A stretch of 32,642 nt of DNA from a virus (Duplodnaviria; Caudoviricetes): the IMG/VR virus record IMGVR_UViG_3300047301_000212, positions 1 to 32,642 of that record; one strand, written 5' to 3'. Of the stretch, positions 25,476 to 32,642 are shown in pieces. Every line of letters starts with the position of its first letter. The first letter of the stretch is position 1. The position numbers and the translations under genes were made by a program. The notes below the pieces were generated by a model that saw only the letters and a program-made list of their open reading frames with translations, did not search any database and was not told the DNA's origin.

Positions 25476-25820
25476 TTATGGATCTAGCCAGTCAAATAAC
25501 TCTTTGACGTCGTAGTGATCTCTCATGCCAAGACCAGGTACGTCATCTTTTCCATCAAAAAGCATGGCCCTGCCTTCCTGTTTATTTTCAAAACCAAAAA
25601 GCTTATTCACAATCTCTACTGCAAACTTTTGCGTGATATGAGTAATCTTGTCGCCCGCTCTGGCCGCATCAATGTCGTCTTGTGATAGCTGAGTGACCAG
25701 CTCAGAATCCTGAGCGTCTAGCCCTCGGAGTAGGCCGTCCAGCTCATCGGCGGCGGTCTTTAGGCCAAGTCGGTCGGCATCATCGGCTAGGTCTGCGAGT
25801 CTAGAGGCTAAGTTTTTCAT
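25476..25820 (-). CDS. Hypothetical protein
   Basis: 114 aa; amphipathic N-terminus LADLADDADRLGLKTAADELD. Confidence 0.75.
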   Translation of the reverse strand: MKNLASRLADLADDADRLGLKTAADELDGLLRGLDAQDSELVTQLSQDDIDAARAGDKITHITQKFAVEIVNKLFGFENKQEGRAMLFDGKDDVPGLGMRDHYDVKELFDWLDP

Positions 25821-25847
25821 AAGTTAATCCCGATGATTTGATAGACC

Positions 25848-26432
25848 CTAGACTGCTTCTGCAAACAAGTCTCTATTGATTAAGTCTGAAATGTATTTTA
25901 TCACGAGAAAGCCATGACCAAGTGAGGCTTTTTCGCTATTCAATATGTAGTCGAACGATCCTTTATGTTCATCATAGACATCAAAATCCCAAATCCAAAC
26001 AACAGGCTCTTTTTCGATCACTTCGATCAGCATTTCTATTTCTGGCCAGCAAAATCGTTGAAGTTTTTGAAAGTACAGTGGAAGATAAATCTTTTTACGA
26101 CTCTCTATCCAGTTCATTTTTCCTAGTTGTGGCGTTATGTACGAGAACTCTGGAATCGCACCTTTCCCAACTGGATAGCGAATGCCTTGTTTGTTTTCAT
26201 AACCCGCCCGGCGCCACTGATCCCACTCGGGAAAAGAATCTTGCCCAGGCCACTTGCGACTGTATTGCCAGCCATTTTCAACATTCCATATCTTGTGCCC
26301 ATATAGTTCCAGCTGACTCTCGTTGGAGATCATTGGACTAAATGCCTTCCCGAAATCCCTAGAAACAGAGGTGACATTGACGCAAGTCTCGCCTTTGGGC
26401 GGCCTAAGTTTTGGCCCACAGAATTTTATCAT
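25848..26432 (-). CDS. DUF6939-like protein
   Basis: VNVTS..FSP, NVENGWQYS, ESRKKIYLPLY, DFD, L.HG resemble my recollection of DUF6939; needs an HMM check. Confidence 0.55.
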   Translation of the reverse strand: MIKFCGPKLRPPKGETCVNVTSVSRDFGKAFSPMISNESQLELYGHKIWNVENGWQYSRKWPGQDSFPEWDQWRRAGYENKQGIRYPVGKGAIPEFSYITPQLGKMNWIESRKKIYLPLYFQKLQRFCWPEIEMLIEVIEKEPVVWIWDFDVYDEHKGSFDYILNSEKASLGHGFLVIKYISDLINRDLFAEAV

Positions 26433-26630
26433 TTAGTCTTTCTTTTTAGATAATCTTGTCTCAGATACCCAGGTGAGGAATCTTTTAATTAGAGATGGTG
26501 GTCGACGCCACACATAAGTGTAGTCGCACCCGGGAACTCCGATTAGATTAAGACTAATTGCCTCAATTATTCGGCTCTTAGTTCCCTCGTCAATGCTCTC
26601 CAGTGGCCTCTGTTTGTCTGAGTTTGTCAT
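26433..26630 (-). CDS. Small hypothetical protein
   Basis: 65 aa; stop abuts the next start codon. Confidence 0.55.
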   Translation of the reverse strand: MTNSDKQRPLESIDEGTKSRIIEAISLNLIGVPGCDYTYVWRRPPSLIKRFLTWVSETRLSKKKD

Positions 26631-26769
26631 TTCAGGCCCAGCGCCCTTTTCTCAGCAGGCGTAAGCTTCGATAGCGCTGAGTGCTTGGCCTCGGCTGTCT
26701 CTTTCTTTTGAGCTGCTTTTTGACCTCAACCAACCTACACATCTCAAGGGTGAACGCGCTTTCTTTCAT
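26627..26769 (-). pseudogene. Small, apparently frameshifted gene
   Basis: GGAG SD and ATG at 26769 give a 45-aa ORF; the -1 frame encodes AKHSALSKLTPAEKRALGLK*, ending in an ATGA overlap with the next gene. Confidence 0.4.
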
Positions 26770-26840
26770 AACTTACTCCATTGGGCGACCTACGAGACTA
26801 GCTTTTTTTTCCGACATCGGCGCACATATTTTCGTTTTTC

Positions 26841-26869
26841 TTGCAATACTCGCCCCGCAAATGTAATCT
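26841..26869 (+). promoter_or_regulatory. Sigma70-like promoter candidate
   Basis: TTGCAA-N17-TAATCT in a divergent intergenic region, upstream of an AGGAG SD. Confidence 0.45.
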
Positions 26870-26892
26870 TGCTGGTAACCCATAGGAGTAGT

Positions 26893-27327
26893 ATGTCTAA
26901 GTCAAGTAGTTCTCAGTATTTATATCGCGAAGTCGTTGTCGATCCAGTTATTCTTGCAACCGTTTATCTCGGTGATGCAAAATTCCACATTCATGAGGTT
27001 GAACTCAAGGAAGAATTTAAGGAATTACAGGACGCGCTTGTTGTCCGCGTTATGGACGTAATTCAAACGCAGCTTACGGAAAGACAGCGTGAAGTTATGA
27101 TCAAAACGTATATTGAGGGGAGGACTCAAATGGAGGTCGCTGATCTGCTAGGGGTATGTCAGACGACAGTACATAAAATCATCAGTGGGAATATTGACTA
27201 CAGTAATGGAGGAAGAAGGTACGGCGGGGCACTTAAGAAAATTCGCCGTCTCTGTGAAACTGATCAGGAAATCAAAGACATACTCGGTCGTATGGAGGAG
27301 ATCAAGGGACTTTTAAGCGAGATCTGA
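26893..27327 (+). CDS. Sigma-70 region-4-like HTH protein
   Basis: LTERQREVM..Y.EGRTQMEVADLLGVCQTTVHK...ALKKIRR; ATG 26893 with AGGAG SD; no region 2 seen. Confidence 0.8.
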   Translation: MSKSSSSQYLYREVVVDPVILATVYLGDAKFHIHEVELKEEFKELQDALVVRVMDVIQTQLTERQREVMIKTYIEGRTQMEVADLLGVCQTTVHKIISGNIDYSNGGRRYGGALKKIRRLCETDQEIKDILGRMEEIKGLLSEI

Positions 27328-27464
27328 TTTTGTGAACTGTGGTTTGACTGTAAGCCTGCCTCCAAGAAGGTGTATTGTTCCCACTGTTGATCCTTCGTCC
27401 AATATAAATTCGCTGCACACTAGTCTACTCAACTCGAACAATTCGAGCAAATAGGAGTAGGTTA

Positions 27465-27857
27465 ATGAGACAGATTGGAAATTTAAACAACATGGTTTTT
27501 GATGGATTTGAGATCATCAAGCAGGGAAAAACGGACGGCAGAAATGTTTTGTGGACATGTCGCTGCAGATTTTGCGGAGAGATTTGTGATGGACTTAGAA
27601 AAGCGTACATAGAGCGACCTAGCGAGCTAGGAATCCCTGCTGGCTGCAAGTCTTGCCGGTGGAAGCGTGGAGCAGCTCCTATGATAGGTAAAAAGATAGG
27701 TACTCTCCTTTGTGATTCTGTTTCTCCAGAGTCACATGGAAACATCAGAGTCCAACTTGACGTAACCTGTGATTGCGGGAATACCTTCAAGGTCTTCAAG
27801 ATAGACTTCGAGAAAAACAAGTGTTCATGCCCCGTTTGCTCAGAAAAGGGAGTGTGA
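27465..27857 (+). CDS. Cys-rich protein with HNH-associated repeat modules
   Basis: WTCRCRFCG, GCKSC, VTCDCGN, CSCPVC; AGGAG SD. Confidence 0.7.
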   Translation: MRQIGNLNNMVFDGFEIIKQGKTDGRNVLWTCRCRFCGEICDGLRKAYIERPSELGIPAGCKSCRWKRGAAPMIGKKIGTLLCDSVSPESHGNIRVQLDVTCDCGNTFKVFKIDFEKNKCSCPVCSEKGV

Positions 27858-27860
27858 GGT

Positions 27861-28826
27861 GTGACTACTTTCAAAGACCTTTCTGGTCAAACAATCGCCA
27901 GTATGAAATTGACTTCTTTTGATCGCTGCGAAGGTGGAAAATCTTACTGGAATTGCATTTGTTCTGGATGCGGCAAGGCGTGCCAGCAAACAGCTAATCA
28001 CTTGAAGGAGGCAGAGAAGAAAGGAAAAATCTCTTATTGTTCTCTTTCGTGTGGGTATCGAACAGATGCTAGAAAAGATGTTGGCAAGACATTCAATGAG
28101 CTTACTGTTTTGAGAATCAACGAAGAGAGGTCTATCACAGATAGAATTATTGTTGTTGATGCGCAATGTGCCTGTGGGGCAATTCGCTCAGAATCACTTA
28201 CCAAAATACGCAGAGGCTTTGCAAAAGCCTGCTCGGCCACATGTAAGTCTATGCGTGACTACAAGATCGAAATCGGCAAGAAGCACGGGATGCTCACCAT
28301 TCAAAGTGTTGGATTTCCTGCCTTCGGAGAGAAATACTCAGGAGAGATCGTCTTTCGCTGTAGTTGTGATTGTGGAGGGAGCCATTCTGCTGCTGCGAGA
28401 AAAGTTTTAATTGGAGATGTCTCTAGTTGCGGATGTGCCCTGGATCAATACCGAGCAGATTTTAATGGTGCCAACAATCCAAACTGGAAAAATGGCGCTA
28501 CTGACGCCTCTCAGATAGCTCGCAGTAGTCAGGCTTATTATGACTGGCGAAAGAGCGTCTGTGAAAGGGATCAGATGACTTGCCAGCATTGCAGATTTGT
28601 CGGCCCGAAGGACGGCTCAGGAATGAACGCGCACCACAAATATAATTTTAGCACACATGAGGACATCAGATACAGTGTGGATAATGGTGTTACGTTTTGT
28701 CGCAGCTGTCATATTGATTTTCATGCAAAGTATACAAACTTCAAGAATACACCTGAGCAGGTCGAGGAATTCATTTCGACATATCCCAGCACCCAACACT
28801 CACCTAGTTCTGATCCCACGTCCTGA
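27861..28826 (+). CDS. HNH homing endonuclease with three Cys-rich repeats
   Basis: WNCICSGCG, QCACG, CSCDCG..SCGC repeats; NNPNWKNG; WRKSVCERDQMTCQHC..AHH..NGVTFCRSCHIDFH. Confidence 0.88.
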   Translation: MTTFKDLSGQTIASMKLTSFDRCEGGKSYWNCICSGCGKACQQTANHLKEAEKKGKISYCSLSCGYRTDARKDVGKTFNELTVLRINEERSITDRIIVVDAQCACGAIRSESLTKIRRGFAKACSATCKSMRDYKIEIGKKHGMLTIQSVGFPAFGEKYSGEIVFRCSCDCGGSHSAAARKVLIGDVSSCGCALDQYRADFNGANNPNWKNGATDASQIARSSQAYYDWRKSVCERDQMTCQHCRFVGPKDGSGMNAHHKYNFSTHEDIRYSVDNGVTFCRSCHIDFHAKYTNFKNTPEQVEEFISTYPSTQHSPSSDPTS

Positions 28827-29063
28827 GCGGCGACCTGGAGAAAAGCTGGGCGCTGCGGGTGGATTCAGTACTGATTCTTTGACTTTGATTGAGGCGGCCT
28901 GTTCTTTTAGGTCTCGGATTGTTGCTTCGATCTGCGGAGATAGTAGGCCTTTTGACTTAAAGACTTGAATTGCCTGTTCTAGCAGAGGGATCGCCTCATC
29001 GATAGCCCGAAGATATGGGCTTGGTGATTTAGTGGCGATTTTTACCAATGGGAAGCTGTTCAT
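28800..29063 (-). CDS. Small hypothetical protein
   Basis: 87 aa starting MNSFPLVKIA; its 3' end overlaps the 3' end of the HNH gene by 27 nt. Confidence 0.65.
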   Translation of the reverse strand: MNSFPLVKIATKSPSPYLRAIDEAIPLLEQAIQVFKSKGLLSPQIEATIRDLKEQAASIKVKESVLNPPAAPSFSPGRRSGRGIRTR

Positions 29064-29146
29064 GATTAACGCGCAATTTATTCTTAGAGTTGCCTACGGA
29101 TCCACTAATCATGCACTAAAATGTGGCTATCTTTGTCTGGAGTCGC

Positions 29147-30727
29147 ATGTTCCCACTCATCAAAATTGCAATCGACCAGCAGTCTGCGTGGCAAAGCGTC
29201 CGCAGTAAGCCCAGTGATTTGCGTGGAGCGATCTGGAGCACAATGGGTATGGACCCAGGGAATGCTTCATTGTTTCCTTCCGTTGATGGCGGCACTCTTT
29301 GGGATTCATTCCTTGGGGAAGTTGAAAATTCCTTGCCTGGTGGGATAACCGATGATCAAACTGGGGCGGCGATTCTTTTCGCAAAAAAGCTACTGCTAGA
29401 CGGAGTGTCATTGTCTGCAGGTTCTCTCCCTAGGCTTGCGTTCAAAAATCAGTCTGGCGACATCCAAGAGGTTCTACATTACTTCTTTTCGATTCAGCCC
29501 TATATCCGACTCTATAATCAGGCAAATCAGACAAAACTAGAGTCTGATCTATTCAAGGTCAAGGGGCTTGCGGAGCTACGCAGTACAATTTCTTTTGTCC
29601 GCCCATTTGCGGATGCCGCTCAGCGCAGACAGCAAGGCGCAAAGTATCTTGAAAAGATAAAAGAAAGTTCTGATGGAGAGACTCGTGTTGTGCAGAGAGG
29701 AAGGGATACTGCTGGCACACCCACAGACTCTAAGTCTGACCTTGTTGACGGAAGGGTTGTCGAGTCGGAGTGGACCGTTGTAGTTCCAAAAAGTCATGAC
29801 TCTGCTTGTTTTTGGGGCAAGGACACAAAGTGGTGCACATCGACTCCTGAAAACTCAGTGAATTTCGACACATACTCTTCGAAGGGAGATCTTTATGTCT
29901 TCATCAATCACCGGACTGGGAGTCGGTATCAGTTCCACTACGATGCCGCCCAATTTATGGACGTCCACGACAAACCTGTCAAAGACTTAGATTTACTCGA
30001 TGGGCTGCACGCCCTCCTGAAGAACAAAGACAATATTCCTCACAGCGCTCCTTATCTTGAGGTTCAAAAAAAGACACTTGGAAAAGCTACGCCCATAGGA
30101 AAAGAAGATAGCCACGGCATCATTCATTCCGTTCAGGTAGGGGATGGCATCTCTCCTACCGCATACAATCAGAGCACAGGTGAATTAATTTGGACAAAAG
30201 ATGGGCACAAGCACCGAGATGGCGGGCCTGCCTCCGTTACGTCGACATCTATCGAATACTGGAAAAACGGAATTCAGACGCGGGAAGACGGCCCTTTTGT
30301 CATTGATTTTTCAAAATACAATAGTATCGTCAGACTTCATTTTGAAGACCGGCTTGTGATGGAGGATGACTACATTATTTCTCTACTTCCCGCGCCTGGT
30401 CGGGTTATCGAGATTGGAGACGATGTAGTTATTGAAAATGGGGGAGTGATCGCATTTTCTCCTGATGGCGAAATATATTATGGATTCAAAGCCAGCGACG
30501 AGGATGAAAAAGAGGGGCTTCTTGCAGCAACAATACTGGTGACTCGTGCCCAGCGTGCCATACTCCTTCCAATAAAGAAGAAACTTCAGGCAGAGATTAA
30601 CAAGTATCACGCAGAGGCGATTGCAATTTCTGACGCCGAGATTGAGCGATGGAAGGACTGGGCAAAGGCTGAGGCGGCTGCAAAAACAAAAAAAGCTTCA
30701 GCAGAGATTAGACTGGTTCTTTGCTAG
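29147..30727 (+). CDS. Multidomain hypothetical phage protein
   Basis: Start placed at ATG 29147 (GGAG SD). Contains a TKWCT..F..Y..GDLY..YQFH..QFMD domain and HRDGGPA/TREDGP repeats, which I recognise from large-phage proteins; function unknown. Confidence 0.8.
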   Translation: MFPLIKIAIDQQSAWQSVRSKPSDLRGAIWSTMGMDPGNASLFPSVDGGTLWDSFLGEVENSLPGGITDDQTGAAILFAKKLLLDGVSLSAGSLPRLAFKNQSGDIQEVLHYFFSIQPYIRLYNQANQTKLESDLFKVKGLAELRSTISFVRPFADAAQRRQQGAKYLEKIKESSDGETRVVQRGRDTAGTPTDSKSDLVDGRVVESEWTVVVPKSHDSACFWGKDTKWCTSTPENSVNFDTYSSKGDLYVFINHRTGSRYQFHYDAAQFMDVHDKPVKDLDLLDGLHALLKNKDNIPHSAPYLEVQKKTLGKATPIGKEDSHGIIHSVQVGDGISPTAYNQSTGELIWTKDGHKHRDGGPASVTSTSIEYWKNGIQTREDGPFVIDFSKYNSIVRLHFEDRLVMEDDYIISLLPAPGRVIEIGDDVVIENGGVIAFSPDGEIYYGFKASDEDEKEGLLAATILVTRAQRAILLPIKKKLQAEINKYHAEAIAISDAEIERWKDWAKAEAAAKTKKASAEIRLVLC

Positions 30728-30733
30728 CCACCA

Positions 30734-32083
30734 TCAATACCATATCAAAGGTTTGGTCGCAACCGCAAATGTGGTTGTATATCTACCAACTCCTTTGGTA
30801 ATTCTAACGTCCTTCATTTGATTCATTATGCTTGTAGTTGGAACCTGAGCCCATTGCCCAATAGACATTGGAGACGTGCTGTTATAAATGCTAGCGGTTC
30901 CTATGTTGTGAGTGCTGCCAGCCTGCACTCCGTCTTTAAACATGCGCAAATCAGCGCCATTTCTAGACACTGCCCAGTGATGCCATTGAGTATCTGTTGA
31001 GAATGGGAATGCTACCGCTTCGATCCATGTAGATCCATCTGTGGTATAGTAAAGATAAACATAGGCGGCGTTGTAGACCGATAAAAACAACACAGAAAAA
31101 TCAGTGCCTGATACATTTCCTTGGTGAAACATTGTTGGATACGTGTACGCAACCGCCCCGTACAAAAACCACCCTTCCAAAGTGAAATCTCCAGAGCCAA
31201 AATTAAAACATTCTGCGTCTGGGGCAGTCAAATGAGAGTCATAAGAGCTACTTGCGTAATAGACTGTAGTGCTAGGGAACAGTGGCGGCGACGCAGTTGT
31301 TATAAAGACAGGGTTGCCATACTTTGTTAAGGTGTGTGCATATTTAGATACATCGACAAAGTTGGATGCCACATGTTCTCCCTGCATTGGCAACAGCAAT
31401 GAAACATTATCAAAATATGGGTCACCGGTCGCTGAAACAAATCCAACAGCGGGAGCGTAGAATTGTCCATTGCCCATGGTTGGAACGAGATATCCTGGTG
31501 CGTAATCAGGGAATGCGGTTGTTACGCTCCTAACGGTAGTCAGGTCTGCGAGTATTGAATTTCTTCCGTTGCCGACGCCCAAGTTAAATGGTATGCCTCC
31601 GAGTATATTCGGGCCAAATCCGTTGGTCGGCATATCTGTTTTGTAGTAAACACCGAAAGTTGTTATGCTGGCGGCAGATCGGACGCTAGCGATCCAATAC
31701 AACCCATTTGTAAGAGTGATCGCTGGACCAGTCGCAACTGTCGACATTTGGCCTGTGTTTGCAGGCATACTTGTTACGCCAAAATCTTTAACCAGAAATC
31801 TTGGAAAAACATCATGCTCCTCCACAGGGGCACAATCATATATGGCTAGCCTTGCTATGCCTCCAGACGTATATCCCGAAAATGATTTAACCATTAGAGT
31901 GAGCTGAGTGATTGTGAGCCCTTCTGTTCCAACAAAAAAGGGTTGCATCACCATCTTGGTGGGGTCCCAGTTCCAGGCGCTAACAGTCGGGTTTGGCTCA
32001 ACAGCTACGACTCCAGCCGAAAGTGGCCGAAATGCATTTAAACCACTTGATCCATATATGTGAACGTAATCCGTTATTTGCAT
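30734..32083 (-). CDS. Virion protein with C-terminal LamG/concanavalin A-like domain
   Basis: YFDNVSLLL, FGSGDFTLEGW, WHHWAVSRNG..LRMFKDG, DVRITKGVGRY; AAGGAGG SD. Confidence 0.85.
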   Translation of the reverse strand: MQITDYVHIYGSSGLNAFRPLSAGVVAVEPNPTVSAWNWDPTKMVMQPFFVGTEGLTITQLTLMVKSFSGYTSGGIARLAIYDCAPVEEHDVFPRFLVKDFGVTSMPANTGQMSTVATGPAITLTNGLYWIASVRSAASITTFGVYYKTDMPTNGFGPNILGGIPFNLGVGNGRNSILADLTTVRSVTTAFPDYAPGYLVPTMGNGQFYAPAVGFVSATGDPYFDNVSLLLPMQGEHVASNFVDVSKYAHTLTKYGNPVFITTASPPLFPSTTVYYASSSYDSHLTAPDAECFNFGSGDFTLEGWFLYGAVAYTYPTMFHQGNVSGTDFSVLFLSVYNAAYVYLYYTTDGSTWIEAVAFPFSTDTQWHHWAVSRNGADLRMFKDGVQAGSTHNIGTASIYNSTSPMSIGQWAQVPTTSIMNQMKDVRITKGVGRYTTTFAVATKPLIWY

Positions 32084-32093
32084 GCGTCCCTCC

Positions 32094-32642
32094 TTATCTT
32101 CTTGAAATCGAATAGACTTCTGCGGCAGTCAAAGCTCTATTCCAATAGCCGACGTTTGAGATCAGACCATTCATAGGCTGTCCGTAGTCATAATAAGTTC
32201 CGATATTTACGGTGTTGTACGTATTGTTGAGCGGGACAGTGGAGGCAGTACTGGCCGACAAAGCGCCATCTACGTATATCTTCAGACTGATTTGGTCGTA
32301 AGTCGCCACAAAATGATGCCATGCGAGCGAAGATATTGCTGTCCCTGCTGTCACAATAACAGCGGCTGTGTTCATCATCACGCGAACCGTGTTGGTCGGG
32401 ACAAATTCCAAATTCCAATCGCCATTGACGCTAGACAGATTGCCTTTTTCGATGATGCCTTTGTTGAAGTTGTCTGCATTTAAATAAACCCAAACCGATA
32501 CTGAGAATCCAGTAGGCAGCCCAGCTAAGGATATATTGCTTCCCATGTTTGGAATCGCGGATACCGCCACTTGATAGGCCTGAGTTCCCGAGTACAGTCC
32601 AGCGGGGAATACTGGACTTCCACCTGATGTTCCATTATTTGG
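32094..32642 (-). CDS. LamG/concanavalin A-like domain protein, 5'-truncated by the window
   Basis: FSVSVWV, WHHFVATYD..LKIYVDG, GLISNVGYWNRALTAAEV; frame open from 32570 to the window end. Confidence 0.88.
   Translation of the reverse strand, partial: PNNGTSGGSPVFPAGLYSGTQAYQVAVSAIPNMGSNISLAGLPTGFSVSVWVYLNADNFNKGIIEKGNLSSVNGDWNLEFVPTNTVRVMMNTAAVIVTAGTAISSLAWHHFVATYDQISLKIYVDGALSASTASTVPLNNTYNTVNIGTYYDYGQPMNGLISNVGYWNRALTAAEVYSISRR

Noticed and set aside
27328-27389. Short Cys-rich frame FCELWFDCKPASKKVYCSHC* as a gene relic
   Set aside because: No start codon or SD and too short to distinguish from chance.
24747-27860. TGA recoding suggested by in-frame neighbours (24749/24765 and 27857/27861)
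   Set aside because: Conserved genes are full length in code 11, TGA ends many genes in ATGA/GTGA overlaps, and Trp is encoded by TGG.

Overview
Fragment of a large (jumbo-like) tailed dsDNA phage genome in the standard genetic code, densely coding, with many 4-nt ATGA/GTGA gene overlaps. 1-17.9 kb (+) is a replication, recombination and chaperone module: a very large acidic protein (5'-partial), trigger factor, DnaE encoded as two adjacent genes joined by an apparent naturally split intein, a gp32-like SSB with a structured leader, a GIY-YIG homing endonuclease flanked by a 25-bp direct repeat, RuvC-like resolvase, DnaJ, RecA, a primase lacking its Zn-binding domain, and thioredoxin. 18.0-25.4 kb (+) holds probable virion/tail-fibre-like genes, a second GIY-YIG gene, a GIY-YIG relic and a trypsin-like protease. 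25.5-32.6 kb is mixed-strand: a DUF6939-like gene, a sigma region-4-like HTH protein, HNH-type genes, two divergent genes sharing an N-terminal FPL(V/I)KIA motif, and two LamG-domain proteins. The strongest candidate for something new is the compact split DnaE intein (92 + 40 aa) with overlapping genes, no endonuclease between them, and a junction different from the cyanobacterial one. All family calls come from motifs recognised by eye; no database searches or folding programs were run.
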